The translations under genes and the position numbers were made by a program. DNA of 64,000 nucleotides. It comes from a virus. Taxonomy: Duplodnaviria; Caudoviricetes. The DNA is taken from positions 32,001 through 96,000 of the IMG/VR virus record IMGVR_UViG_3300027689_000001; one strand, 5' to 3'. Positions within the stretch are counted from its first letter, which is position 1, and every line of letters begins with the position of its first letter. Shown here one piece after another: positions 46,920-57,026 of the stretch. The notes below the pieces were generated by a model. It saw nothing but the letters and a program-made list of their open reading frames with translations. It made no database searches and had not been told where the DNA came from.

Positions 46920-47417
46920 TTAATTTACTAAAGACTTTTTTGATCGTGACGACTTCTTAACCTCAGGTGCTTTCCATCCAATAAGAAAAGATTCTAGAAC
47001 AGTCGCCAACGTGGGATACTTTTCGAGAAGTTTCTGGTCCTTTACAAGATCAAGAATTTCTACTTCAGTAGAAACTACACCCTGACAGATTTGCATCCAA
47101 ATTTCCTCTCTGCGGAATTGCGGTACTTTACTGGCGCTGCCTTCTGGTAGTAGAGTTAGAATGCGACGGAATTCCTGTGTAATGGTAGTATCGCCCATAT
47201 TTTCTGGGAGACCCTCATCCTTAAAAGGAGTCTTACCTTCTGGTAGATTCCATGGACCCTGCTCGTAACCAACACCCCACGCGACAAGTCGCATAAGAAT
47301 AGAGTTGCTTACTGAGATTGCACGAACACGTGCGGAGAGTTCTTCGGTTGTCTTTGCTTCAACTGCCCAGTCAAGAGCCTCGTTGATCTGCCTAAATTTC
47401 TGAGGTATTATTGCCAT
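46920..47417 (-). CDS. conserved T4-like hypothetical protein
   Basis: LPEG.TPF, RREEIW.Q and KDQKL..KYP; usual neighbour of rnh. Confidence 0.65.
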   Translation of the reverse strand: MAIIPQKFRQINEALDWAVEAKTTEELSARVRAISVSNSILMRLVAWGVGYEQGPWNLPEGKTPFKDEGLPENMGDTTITQEFRRILTLLPEGSASKVPQFRREEIWMQICQGVVSTEVEILDLVKDQKLLEKYPTLATVLESFLIGWKAPEVKKSSRSKKSLVN

Positions 47418-48299
47418 TTAAAATTCATCCACTAGTTCAATTAATTGTGTCATACGATTCGCGATAAAATAATTCAAAAGACCAGAACGATCGCCCTCTT
47501 TCTGCATCTCATAATTATCTATAATACTTTCCTTGATGTCCTCAGGAATGCGCGATAGGTCAACCAGTTCACGGTTGCGCTGGTAGTTCCGCCACATTTC
47601 GTCGCTGTTGATAAAGTCTTCAGGTTTCTGCGTCTTCCAGAGTGCAAGTGCTTCCTTGCGAATAGGACGCTGACGGTCGCCATTAACAAAGGTGTCGTCA
47701 CCAGAAAGAATATTGGGGACACCATCGCCCTTATCGCCCATGATAATATGTTCCATGAGAACTGCATCAGGAGTTTCAGTCAACTTAATAAACTTTTTCT
47801 GAACAGGAGCATACTGCTTAACGTTGCTCCACTTCTGCAACTGATTGAAGTCATGGTCACCAGAGAGAACAAGGAAAGGTTCAGCGCTGGGTATGAGACC
47901 ATCGGTATTCATGGTCTGACTATACTCAGCGAGCACTGCGATGACATCATCTGCCTCTGCACCATCAACATCGATTACAGCATATGGAAAGTGTTCAGCA
48001 AGTTCAGCACGAACAAGATGCAGTGCCTCGAAGATAGAGTTCCAATCGAATCCACTATCAGCACGAGACTTCTTACGGTTTGCCTTGTAGTTCGGGAAGT
48101 ACTCACGACGCCAATAATGGCGATTGTCACATGCGATAACCATTTCGCCAAACTCAGGACCGAACTTCTTACGATATGACCGAAGTGCATTTATAATCAT
48201 GTGCCGAACTAGAGGAACATTTATCTCAACGTCTCGACGACCTCCCAAATTTACCATTAGACTGCTAATTGCAGTCTGATTATAATCTACAACAATCAC
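47418..48299 (-). CDS. rnh: T4-type RNase H (5'-3' exonuclease)
   Basis: VDYNQ, YWRR..FP.YKANR, EADDVI, SGDHDF.QL and GDKGDGVPN. Confidence 0.92.
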   Translation of the reverse strand: MIVVDYNQTAISSLMVNLGGRRDVEINVPLVRHMIINALRSYRKKFGPEFGEMVIACDNRHYWRREYFPNYKANRKKSRADSGFDWNSIFEALHLVRAELAEHFPYAVIDVDGAEADDVIAVLAEYSQTMNTDGLIPSAEPFLVLSGDHDFNQLQKWSNVKQYAPVQKKFIKLTETPDAVLMEHIIMGDKGDGVPNILSGDDTFVNGDRQRPIRKEALALWKTQKPEDFINSDEMWRNYQRNRELVDLSRIPEDIKESIIDNYEMQKEGDRSGLLNYFIANRMTQLIELVDEF

Positions 48300-48646
48300 G
48301 TTTCTTCATCCCCATTATTTAAAGTCGTATCAAGAGCATTACGAATATCAGTTAGCATAACTGTTTCCGGAGTATCCATCCCACGTTGGCGCAAGAACAT
48401 GCCGTATACCAAAACAGAAACCACTGCTGCATCAGCATAGAAACTTTCATGGTGTGTAATACCAAACTTCTCAGTGCACACCTTGGTAATTCCTGCCATA
48501 ACTGCTTTACCAGCACGCTCGGCGTCTTGATAAGAACTGTACTCATCAATCCCCCCCAGGAAGTATGATAGAGATTCCTTGTCTGGATTTGGATCCTCTG
48601 CTTTCTTCTTAGGATTAAGAAATGTCACGTTATCATTATCGCTCAT
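48296..48646 (-). CDS. hypothetical protein
   Basis: Coupled ORF. Confidence 0.6.
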   Translation of the reverse strand: MSDNDNVTFLNPKKKAEDPNPDKESLSYFLGGIDEYSSYQDAERAGKAVMAGITKVCTEKFGITHHESFYADAAVVSVLVYGMFLRQRGMDTPETVMLTDIRNALDTTLNNGDEET

Positions 48647-49767
48647 CAAAACACTTTCAAAATTAAGGTAGTCGGAGTTAGTCGTGCACGCACAGGAGAA
48701 GACTTACTTCTAACGGCTGAGTACCATTTAGTCAAGCCATTTTTCGCAAGACTAACAAATTCTTTTACTTGAGTCTCTGGTTTACGCAGCAGTCGGGAGT
48801 TGGAGAAGTTCTCATCAAATCCTACAAGACTTGCACCCCTAACTGTAATGCTTCCGCTGACTGGACTGAAGTATTTAGAGATCTTTCGTGTCTTGGTGTC
48901 AAACGTCCACACTTCACTGCAGTTTAGTAGATTGATAGGTTCGACGCTGGTGACACCAAGTGCAGTATCTTCCACGAGGAACTTTAGGTTCTGGACCAAT
49001 TTGGTCTTATCCTTTGGTTTCTTCTTACGAACCTTGGCAACCTGCTTGCTGACATATGACTTCTTGAGATCGTTGACATATGATTCGAGTAACTTAACGA
49101 TATCCTTGACAATCTTCATACCCGTCAGATGTGCATAACTATCGAGCAACTGCGACTGCATATCAGTTAGGTTTGCTTTGGGTGTCCGACGAATCTCTAC
49201 CAATTCAGCAAACTCAGCAAGGATAGGTTGAATCTTTTCTACGCAGTCAAGGTAATGTCTATCTGTCATACGATATGGCATAAGAATCTGCGGCATGTTC
49301 TTTACATCTTCGCCGATGACAAGATTCTCAATCTCATCATTAACATCAGATATAATGAAGTGACCTGCAATCAACGGTTTCTTAGCAACCTTGACTACAG
49401 GTTCAGGAGAAGCATCATCCTCTTCGAGTTTGATACGCTTATTGACAGTTTCCTCAACCTTCTCCCAAATACGAGACTTATCTCTTTCGTTGAGAGGGAA
49501 CCCACGCATAGCAATACGAGCAGAATTGGCATAGGTGCGTGGAAGCAACTTGTCAGGAACTTTACTAAGAGTCTTCAGTTTATCCTTATCTTCCTTGAAC
49601 CAGTCAACGAGAAACGCACGACAATCTTTCTGGTCAACAATAAAGTTATACCAACTCAATGCATTACCATATTCAGACTGGTAATTCGTGGGTTCATAAT
49701 CGTCAACCCAGATTGGTTCTACGCCCATAATCTTAGAATCAGCAATCGGAACTTTCAACTTATACAT
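48646..49767 (-). CDS. conserved T4-like hypothetical protein
   Basis: 373 aa with WYN, SVEP, FDTKTRK and LRKP motifs; early promoter upstream. Confidence 0.7.
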   Translation of the reverse strand: MYKLKVPIADSKIMGVEPIWVDDYEPTNYQSEYGNALSWYNFIVDQKDCRAFLVDWFKEDKDKLKTLSKVPDKLLPRTYANSARIAMRGFPLNERDKSRIWEKVEETVNKRIKLEEDDASPEPVVKVAKKPLIAGHFIISDVNDEIENLVIGEDVKNMPQILMPYRMTDRHYLDCVEKIQPILAEFAELVEIRRTPKANLTDMQSQLLDSYAHLTGMKIVKDIVKLLESYVNDLKKSYVSKQVAKVRKKKPKDKTKLVQNLKFLVEDTALGVTSVEPINLLNCSEVWTFDTKTRKISKYFSPVSGSITVRGASLVGFDENFSNSRLLRKPETQVKEFVSLAKNGLTKWYSAVRSKSSPVRARLTPTTLILKVF

Positions 49768-49794
49768 CTGTTCGCCCTATTCAATTTATAAGTT

Positions 49795-49823
49795 ACTATA
49801 CCTCGTTTCCGTGGAAAAGTCAA
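49795..49823 (-). promoter_or_regulatory. early promoter TTGACT-N17-TATAGT
   Basis: Consensus variant. Confidence 0.75.
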
Positions 49824-50077
49824 GCTATAAATTTCACATTTGTAATTGAATCATATCTAAACGAGCGCCAACCTGCATTTTCCGTGTCCCAAACAGGCAG
49901 AGCATCGGGATTAATCACCTTACTTTCGGCCTTAGCAGTAGTTTTCTTTGGCACTACAGTTTCCTGTAGAGTGCATCGAATAACTCGAACATCCCCATTA
50001 CGTTTTGTAAACGTCACTTCAGCGTCCATCTTCTTGAGGTTCTTTACGAGCATTTCACGGTCGATTTCCATAATCAC
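49820..50077 (-). CDS. SH3/WYL-like small phage protein
   Basis: VTFTKRNGDVR...CTL and VWD....GWRSFR. Confidence 0.7.
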   Translation of the reverse strand: MIMEIDREMLVKNLKKMDAEVTFTKRNGDVRVIRCTLQETVVPKKTTAKAESKVINPDALPVWDTENAGWRSFRYDSITNVKFIA

Positions 50078-51054
50078 ATTCTCCTAATATTGGTTTTATC
50101 AATTTCAACTTTACCATCTCTCCAAGATTTTCTGGGAGGATCTGGTGCGGGTATATCGTGGGTAGACATATGTTTTTCCATAGTGAAGAAGTCTGTTGGA
50201 TTTTCTACCACCACTTCGGGTTTCTTCATCGGTTTATGTTTCTTAACAACCTTCTTCGATGCTCCTGTTGTTGGAGTTGGATCAACCTCAGCAGCAACAA
50301 ATTCTACTATACCCGTTTCTTCTTTCTTTGTCAAGCTTAAAATCGAAATATTTGCTGCAATAACCAAAAGAATTGCCAGAGGGTCGAATACGAAGATAAG
50401 AACAATAATCATCAGACGCACTGCTTTATCGATAGTAGCAGTATCGCCACTACCGTAGAACAGTTCTGCGATATATTTTATCGGACCTACTTCTGCTTCG
50501 AGTTTGAGGTTTTCTGTTTTGAGCGGTATGAGATCAGTCTCAATAGTCTCAATGTCTGCAGTCGCACTCTTAATTTCATTATCGAGGGACGCACGTTCTC
50601 TTTTCTGTCTGTTTCTAATAAAATTAGCATCGAGCACATCCTCTGCAGTAGTGAGTCTGTCCAGAGTATCCAACGATGTTTGTGCATTTTTCAGTCTCCT
50701 TTCGGCAGATGCTTTCTTGCTCTCGAGTTGTTCTATTTTAAATACTGCTGAACCACCAACAGTAGTATGTTCAATATGTGCTCCACTGAGATAACCAAAT
50801 ACCCCAATACTTGTGATGAATGATAGCACCACAATTGCGATTGTAAAGTATGTCTTCAACAGTTTGTTAGCAGTTTTCCAATTCCGATACACCCAACTCG
50901 CAGTGACGAGTTTAGCAAATTCTAAAGATCCACCCATAGCTGCAACAGCAATAGGAGATGCAGGGAAAATCGCCATCAAACCTAATATCGAAAAGTAACC
51001 AGCAACTGATGTAATCGCCAGCGCCGCCAACATTAATAGTGCTATGAATAGCAT
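50074..51054 (-). CDS. membrane protein with coiled coil
   Basis: Three N-terminal TMs, a coiled coil, EVGPIKYIA and a VFDPLA TM. Confidence 0.75.
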   Translation of the reverse strand: MLFIALLMLAALAITSVAGYFSILGLMAIFPASPIAVAAMGGSLEFAKLVTASWVYRNWKTANKLLKTYFTIAIVVLSFITSIGVFGYLSGAHIEHTTVGGSAVFKIEQLESKKASAERRLKNAQTSLDTLDRLTTAEDVLDANFIRNRQKRERASLDNEIKSATADIETIETDLIPLKTENLKLEAEVGPIKYIAELFYGSGDTATIDKAVRLMIIVLIFVFDPLAILLVIAANISILSLTKKEETGIVEFVAAEVDPTPTTGASKKVVKKHKPMKKPEVVVENPTDFFTMEKHMSTHDIPAPDPPRKSWRDGKVEIDKTNIRRM

Positions 51055-51389
51055 CCAGGTCTCCAATCAGGTAATTTTAATTCTTTCAAGTGATCAAGTC
51101 TCAGACGCACATTCCACATTTGATTGATGCATCTGTCGTCGAGTCTATGCTCCCATTGCAGGATATGCTCAACTGCCTTGGCATGCGATTTGCTGTCGTA
51201 TTCAGCGACAACTTCTTTGCGCATTTCGCCTTCATAGTTAGTCACATAAGAGGAACTTCCGAAATATGATTCGAATAGTTTCTCAGTTTTACATGAATAC
51301 CCAATATAAAATTTGCCGTCGTCGAAGTAAGTGCAATACACTCTGTGCACCTTCTTCGCCAACGGCTTACGTTTTTTTCTAATTACCAT
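51042..51389 (-). CDS. GIY-YIG-like small endonuclease domain protein
   Basis: VYCT...KFYIG, YFGSS, conserved E and IN. Confidence 0.6.
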   Translation of the reverse strand: MVIRKKRKPLAKKVHRVYCTYFDDGKFYIGYSCKTEKLFESYFGSSSYVTNYEGEMRKEVVAEYDSKSHAKAVEHILQWEHRLDDRCINQMWNVRLRLDHLKELKLPDWRPGCYS

Positions 51390-51412
51390 AATCTACTCCG
51401 TAAGTAGACTAT

Positions 51413-51568
51413 TTATTCGCTTTCTTGATCGGTGTCAAAGTCATATTCTTCTTGATCGATTCCCTCGCCGCAGAAAGGACAGTGTAATACTCTATAATAT
51501 CTGCCATCCATATCGTGGTCTACAGAAAATAGAGCATTACAACTGTTGCATTCATATTCCTCGTCCAT
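51413..51568 (-). CDS. small Zn-ribbon protein (51 aa)
   Basis: CNSC...CPFCG with an acidic tail; below the track cutoff. Confidence 0.65.
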   Translation of the reverse strand: MDEEYECNSCNALFSVDHDMDGRYYRVLHCPFCGEGIDQEEYDFDTDQESE

Positions 51569-51573
51569 GACGA

Positions 51574-51876
51574 TCAAATATCTTCTAATACAGATTCATA
51601 AGTTATATTATTTTCTTGACAATACTGAATATATCCTGGAACGACATTTGTCTCGACCCTTGCCACCCACTCTTGATACGTTTGTTCGTCTGCGAATGTC
51701 AATGTTATAATGTTCTTATATCCCTGTGCAGCAAAGTATCCAGATTGTTCGATTTTATCTTGATTTTCCTGGATATACTGATTCATTGTATTTTCTTCTA
51801 ATCTAGATGGTACTTGCCAATACCATAGAGTGTTCAAATCATCTCTAGTATATGTGATTGTTAATCTCTTAACCAT
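51574..51876 (-). CDS. hypothetical protein
   Basis: 100-aa ORF with AAGGA SD. Confidence 0.6.
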   Translation of the reverse strand: MVKRLTITYTRDDLNTLWYWQVPSRLEENTMNQYIQENQDKIEQSGYFAAQGYKNIITLTFADEQTYQEWVARVETNVVPGYIQYCQENNITYESVLEDI

Positions 51877-51900
51877 ATTAGATCCTTTTCTTGGTTAATT

Positions 51901-52875
51901 TTACGCAGCAATTCCCCAGACGTCATCCCATTTACCTGAGAGTGCACCCTTTGCATAGTCGGTAGCACGATTCTCAAAGAAGTTGGTATGCGTTGGAGCA
52001 TTGATCATTTCCTCAACCCATGGAAGAGGATTTTTCTTGACCTTAAAGATACCCTTTAGACCAAGACTGATAAGTCGACGATCACAGATATAACGGATAT
52101 ATTTCTTGACATCAGCAGATGTAAGATCTTGCATCTCACCCATCTCGAATGACAAATCAATAAACTTGTCTTCTAGTTCTACCATTTTCTCGGCGATAGT
52201 ATAGATACTGGATTTTAGTTCGTCGTTCCAGAGTTCTCTGTTCTCTTCAACATAAGTACGGAACAACTTAATCATCGACTCGGCATGCATTGTTTCATCA
52301 ACGATTGACCAAGTAACGATCTGTCCCATACCCTTCATCTTTCCGTGACGAGGGAAGTTGAGGAGCATAATGAAGGATGAGAACAGTTGCATACCCTCAG
52401 TGAATGCACTAAATGCAGCGATATTGGTCGCGACTGATTCAGGAGTTCCATTTGTGTTCGACAAATCCATAAAGTAGTCGTGCTTTGCTCGCATTGAGTC
52501 GTATTCCAGGAATTCCTGATACGTTGTTTCTGGCATGCCCAAAGTTTCAATGAGGTGAGAATACGCTGCAACATGGAGTGCCTCCCTTGCCGCAAACCCC
52601 ATCAACATCATACGAATTTCAGGTTGAGGGAAATACGGTAGATAGTTCTTCACATAACCACCAGCAACATCGATGTCACCCTGTGTGAAGAAGCGGAAAA
52701 TGTTAGTCAGAAAATGCTTTTCACCATCGGTAAGACGTTTCTTCCAGTCGTTGACGTCTTCCGACATCGGGACTTCAGTGTGCAACCAATGTGACTGCTC
52801 GTGCTTTAACCATGCGTCATATGCCCATGGGTAGTTGAATGGTTTAAAATATGCTCGTTCTGCCATTAATGTCAT
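51901..52875 (-). CDS. nrdB: ribonucleotide reductase class Ia beta subunit
   Basis: FFTQGD, EALH..AY, EGMQLFSSF, DETMH and NFFE.R.TDY. Confidence 0.95.
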   Translation of the reverse strand: MTLMAERAYFKPFNYPWAYDAWLKHEQSHWLHTEVPMSEDVNDWKKRLTDGEKHFLTNIFRFFTQGDIDVAGGYVKNYLPYFPQPEIRMMLMGFAAREALHVAAYSHLIETLGMPETTYQEFLEYDSMRAKHDYFMDLSNTNGTPESVATNIAAFSAFTEGMQLFSSFIMLLNFPRHGKMKGMGQIVTWSIVDETMHAESMIKLFRTYVEENRELWNDELKSSIYTIAEKMVELEDKFIDLSFEMGEMQDLTSADVKKYIRYICDRRLISLGLKGIFKVKKNPLPWVEEMINAPTHTNFFENRATDYAKGALSGKWDDVWGIAA

Positions 52876-53030
52876 GGTCGACCCTGACCCCTATACTTTT
52901 TAAAGTTTTGCTTTTTATTTTTATTCATTGTGCTGGTTTTGATTTTTCCATTACCAATCGAAGTGCCATTTTTATGGGTTGCGTTGATACTGTTTTTCGT
53001 TGTCCCCGAGGACTTACCGCCTTTTGCCAT
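52872..53030 (-). CDS. small basic protein ending KKYRGQGRP (52 aa)
   Basis: Fills the gap between glutaredoxin and nrdB with overlaps; YRGQG motif typical of T4-like phages. Confidence 0.7.
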   Translation of the reverse strand: MAKGGKSSGTTKNSINATHKNGTSIGNGKIKTSTMNKNKKQNFKKYRGQGRP

Positions 53031-53266
53031 TAGTTATTCTCCGCCCATTTGATTAAATCATCATAACCACCGACGTGATGTCCATTAATCCAAATTTGCG
53101 GAACTGTTGTTATCCCAGGAGCTGCGGCAACTACATCTTCCCATAATACATCTTCACCCACCAAACTTTCAACATACTGAATTTCCATACCAGTCATAAA
53201 TTCTTTTGCCAGTACACAGTACGGGCAATCTGGTTTGGTATAAATTTCTGCAAAAAACTGTGACAT
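53030..53266 (-). CDS. nrdC: glutaredoxin
   Basis: CPYC, TVPQI and GGY. Confidence 0.9.
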   Translation of the reverse strand: MSQFFAEIYTKPDCPYCVLAKEFMTGMEIQYVESLVGEDVLWEDVVAAAPGITTVPQIWINGHHVGGYDDLIKWAENN

Positions 53267-53269
53267 GTT

Positions 53270-55072
53270 TTATCCTTCGCATGCAACACAAGTGTCGCCT
53301 TCTATCATTGCTTTGAAGTCAATCTCTTTGATTACTTCTCGTTCAATGCGCTTCGATACCTTATCTGCCTTACCGATCTTCTCAGAACGACAGTAATACA
53401 TCGTCTTTAAACCCTGCTTCCATGCAAGATAGTGAACAGCATGCAGATATTTGATATTCGCATCTGGGCGGAAGAATACATTGAGGGACTGCGCCTGATC
53501 AATAAACTTCTGTCTGTCTGCTGCATGCTCAATAACCCAACGCTGATCAATTTCCATGGAGGTCTTATAAATTTCCTTGGTTTGACTGTCCATCCAAGTC
53601 AGATGCTGCACCGAACCATCGTTGGCGATAATCGAAGACCAAGTCTCATCATACCATCCAGTAGGTCTACCGAGTGCTGCTTCTTCTAGAATAATACCAT
53701 CGAGGTATTTATTCTTATTGAGAAATGAACCAGACAAAGTATCCTGTCGATATGCATTTGCTCGCCATGGTTCAATCGACGGACTTGTATTACCCATGAT
53801 GATTGATGACGATGCGTTAGGTGCAATAGCTTGCATATGCGAGAACCGACGACCAGTGCCAGCCGCATCAGGTGCTTCACCACGTTCTGCACCTAGTTCT
53901 AGATTTGCAGTGTCGAGACGAGTCTTGATGTGTTTAAACACTCGCATATTTAGACCCTTGGCAACTGCAGACTCCCACGCAATACCCTTGCGTTGTAGAT
54001 AAGCATGGAAACCTAGCGCACCGATACCAATTGAGCGCTCACGCTTTGCTGAATAGATCGCACGACCTACCTGCTTGGGAGCATTATCAATGAAGTATTG
54101 CAATACGTTATCTAGCATCTCTGCCATGTCCTTGAGGAACAACGGATCTTTCGACCAAGAATCATAGTATTCTAGATTGACTGACGAGAGGCAGCAAACA
54201 GCAGTACGCTTCCTATCCGTCGGAAGAATGATTTCCGAACAGAGATTCGACTGATGAATCTTTAGACCAAGATCTTTCTGGAACTGCGGCATTGCACGAT
54301 TCGAAGCATCGATGAAGTGTAGATATGGTTCACCTGTCATCATACGAAGTTCTAGAATCTTCTGCCAGAGATCCTTTGCCGAAACTGTATCGCGGATTTC
54401 GCCCGACTTAGGATCGGTAAGGTTCCAACTGTCATCAGCTTCTTTGTCTGCCATACAACGCTCAACGATTTCCATAAACGCATCCGAGATGTTGATCCCA
54501 TGATGCAGGTTTAATGCACGCATGTTGGGATCACCAGTCGGTTTGCGCATTTCTAGAAATAACCCAACATCAGGATGAGAAATATCCAGATAAGCAGCAT
54601 AAGAACCACGACGAGTGCGACCTTGACGGTAAGCCATAGAAGAAGCATCATAAGTGCGAAGGTGAGGCATAACACCAGTAGACTTATCATCTGCGGCGCG
54701 AATACCAAAACCAATACCAACGCCGCCACCAAGCATAGACAACCAGTTAGTTTCTGAAAGATTTTCAACTAGACCCTCCGCAGTATCATCAATGAAGTTT
54801 AGGAAACAACTGATTGGCATACCACGCTTTGACCGACCAAACGAGAGGATCGGAGTGGCGTATGACAACCAGTGCTTTGATGCATATTCGTATAGACGCT
54901 GCGCATGTGCAGGATTAGAACCGAACGTCTTTGAAACAAAAGCGAATCGATGTTGCGGAGACGTTTCGTCGTCCTTCATGTATGATTCTTGAAGTCGCTG
55001 AATACCTAGTTTGTCAAACAGGGAGTCCCGTGATAGGTCAATCTGAATATCCAGATAATTCTCTCTTGCCAT
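53270..55072 (-). CDS. nrdA: ribonucleotide reductase class Ia alpha subunit (short, no ATP cone)
   Basis: ISCF, SNLCSEI, CCLSS, APNASSS, KTMYY and C-terminal CVACEG. Confidence 0.95.
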   Translation of the reverse strand: MARENYLDIQIDLSRDSLFDKLGIQRLQESYMKDDETSPQHRFAFVSKTFGSNPAHAQRLYEYASKHWLSYATPILSFGRSKRGMPISCFLNFIDDTAEGLVENLSETNWLSMLGGGVGIGFGIRAADDKSTGVMPHLRTYDASSMAYRQGRTRRGSYAAYLDISHPDVGLFLEMRKPTGDPNMRALNLHHGINISDAFMEIVERCMADKEADDSWNLTDPKSGEIRDTVSAKDLWQKILELRMMTGEPYLHFIDASNRAMPQFQKDLGLKIHQSNLCSEIILPTDRKRTAVCCLSSVNLEYYDSWSKDPLFLKDMAEMLDNVLQYFIDNAPKQVGRAIYSAKRERSIGIGALGFHAYLQRKGIAWESAVAKGLNMRVFKHIKTRLDTANLELGAERGEAPDAAGTGRRFSHMQAIAPNASSSIIMGNTSPSIEPWRANAYRQDTLSGSFLNKNKYLDGIILEEAALGRPTGWYDETWSSIIANDGSVQHLTWMDSQTKEIYKTSMEIDQRWVIEHAADRQKFIDQAQSLNVFFRPDANIKYLHAVHYLAWKQGLKTMYYCRSEKIGKADKVSKRIEREVIKEIDFKAMIEGDTCVACEG

Positions 55073-55618
55073 TTATAGTCCCTGTTCCTTCAACACTTTT
55101 TCGATGTCTGGTTTGAAATATGATTCTGGTTTAAGAATCTTACCATCTTCCCGCTTCTTAATCTTACCATTATCAGAAACCTTGCTCATGTTAGAAGCAC
55201 GAACTTCTTTCCACACTTCTTCAAAGTTGATACCAAGAGTTGCAAACAATCCCTGAACAACCCAGACTAGGTCGGCACCACCGTCAGCAATGTCTCCAAT
55301 ATGGCGACGAAGAAAACCATCGCAAAGTTCGCGGTATTCTTCGTCGATTAGATTAATATATAGGTTTGCTTGCGCCAAATTATCATCATTTAGATGCGGA
55401 GTTGTGCCGACATATTGATCTGCTGCAATCATAAATTCGGTAACGTCTTTTTGGTTATTCATAATATTTTCTTTCTTCGTCAATGCCCAAGATCCATCAT
55501 TTTTTTCGGACCATACCAGTTCTGTGTCTTCATCCCAGCGAAGAGTCTTCAATAGATCATGCGGGAGTTCTATATATAATTCACCGTCATCATTTTCCTT
55601 AACAACGACTGTATTCAT
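55073..55618 (-). CDS. AbrB-like N-terminal segment + MazG-like/PRA-PH NTP pyrophosphohydrolase
   Basis: N-terminus GELYIELP..LL..L.W; C-terminus LIDEEYRE, DGGADL, EVRASNMSK and REDGKILKP. Confidence 0.75.
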   Translation of the reverse strand: MNTVVVKENDDGELYIELPHDLLKTLRWDEDTELVWSEKNDGSWALTKKENIMNNQKDVTEFMIAADQYVGTTPHLNDDNLAQANLYINLIDEEYRELCDGFLRRHIGDIADGGADLVWVVQGLFATLGINFEEVWKEVRASNMSKVSDNGKIKKREDGKILKPESYFKPDIEKVLKEQGL

Positions 55619-56331
55619 GCTCGCACCTCTTCAAGAATGTGATATTTAGGTTCCCATCCGAGTCTGAATATTTCATCGATATTGGCATGAGTGACTTCTC
55701 TCTCACCAACAACATCTTTGAACGGAACATCTCGGTAACCATAGGCATCCAAAACTTCACTAACAGAGATCGGTTTATCCGATCCAATATCTACTATACC
55801 CGAATAATTAGGATTAGTCAATAGAGTTTCAATCGCAGAGCAAATATCTTCAACGTGCGTCCAGTCTCGAAGATGTTTTGTCTTATATTCGATTTTATTA
55901 TTAAGCATCATATCATAGAACATGTCAGGTCGACTATCTGGACCATAAACTGTATGGAACCTCATACCAATCGAGTTATATGGTGCATGTTCTTCCATCG
56001 CTTTCTTACTAGTAGCATATGGATTCTTCCACCACTCATAAACTGATGAGGAAGATGCATAGATTACCTTGACACCATTGATTGTGCACCAGTCAAAAAT
56101 TCTCTTGGATGCAGTCACGTTGGTGACCCAATAACCTTCTGGATCATCCCAACTCTTACGAACACCAGCGAGTGCTGCTAAGTGCAACACTACATCTGGA
56201 TAACCGTAAGATTCCGTCATCTTCCATTCGCGGATATCTCCTTCATATGGAATTACCGTGTGATTCTTAGAAAGAATACGAAGCGCATTCCTACCTATAA
56301 ACCCTTCGTGTCCAGTTAGTAGAATTCTCAT
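55615..56331 (-). CDS. NAD-dependent epimerase/dehydratase
   Basis: TGHEGFIG, HLAA, YASSSS, YATSK and RFHTVYG. Confidence 0.9.
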   Translation of the reverse strand: MRILLTGHEGFIGRNALRILSKNHTVIPYEGDIREWKMTESYGYPDVVLHLAALAGVRKSWDDPEGYWVTNVTASKRIFDWCTINGVKVIYASSSSVYEWWKNPYATSKKAMEEHAPYNSIGMRFHTVYGPDSRPDMFYDMMLNNKIEYKTKHLRDWTHVEDICSAIETLLTNPNYSGIVDIGSDKPISVSEVLDAYGYRDVPFKDVVGEREVTHANIDEIFRLGWEPKYHILEEVRA

Positions 56332-57026
56332 GGTAGTTTTCTTTCGAATTCTTTCTGCGCTGCCATGTCATCTAGTGCTTTGATTACATCGGGGAAGTGT
56401 TGACCGATAATCTCCCAGCACTGTTCAGCAACGATACGATGTTCTTTCTGTGTCGCTTTATCCATGCGCAACTGACAGTAGTGAACCCATGAACGTAACG
56501 AACCTGCCATAATGATAGTCGATTCAGTTAGTCCTTCAGGCAGCAAGGCACGTGCTTGTTCTTTTGCTATACCAAGTTTAATAGCAGTATTATACTCTTT
56601 CTTGGCATGATAGATCATACGGCGCTGAATGTGTTCCCAGTCAGTGTCAATGATTTTATCATCTACTTCAATAGAGTTCTGTCGATTCTTAACGTCTTGT
56701 AGTCTTGGTTCTCTAGTGCCGAATCCAAGGTCTGTAGTCGGATCTGCATATCTCTGTGAAAATTCTTGGAACGAAAAGGATCGATGGCGAAGTATTTGCC
56801 GAGCGATGTCACGAGTTGTTTTAATTTCCATTGATACATGGACCATCTCCAAAGGTGACCAGTGTTGGTTCTTAATAAGATACTGAACCAGTTTAGGTGC
56901 TGTTGCTGTATTGTTCTGGTTAGAAGGATTAGATACTCTTGCTGCCCATGCAACCAGTTCATTGGCAGTACTACATTCTGTATACGCACTTGGTTTTGTA
57001 AGTCCGATCAGATTTACTTCGCTCAT
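56328..57026 (-). CDS. thyX: FAD-dependent thymidylate synthase
   Basis: HWSPLE, RHRSFSFQEFSQRY, EQARALLP and TQKEHR. Confidence 0.95.
   Translation of the reverse strand: MSEVNLIGLTKPSAYTECSTANELVAWAARVSNPSNQNNTATAPKLVQYLIKNQHWSPLEMVHVSMEIKTTRDIARQILRHRSFSFQEFSQRYADPTTDLGFGTREPRLQDVKNRQNSIEVDDKIIDTDWEHIQRRMIYHAKKEYNTAIKLGIAKEQARALLPEGLTESTIIMAGSLRSWVHYCQLRMDKATQKEHRIVAEQCWEIIGQHFPDVIKALDDMAAQKEFERKLP

Noticed and set aside
51901-55072. Introns or inteins in nrdA/nrdB
   Set aside because: Both frames are continuous, of compact length and lack intein motifs.
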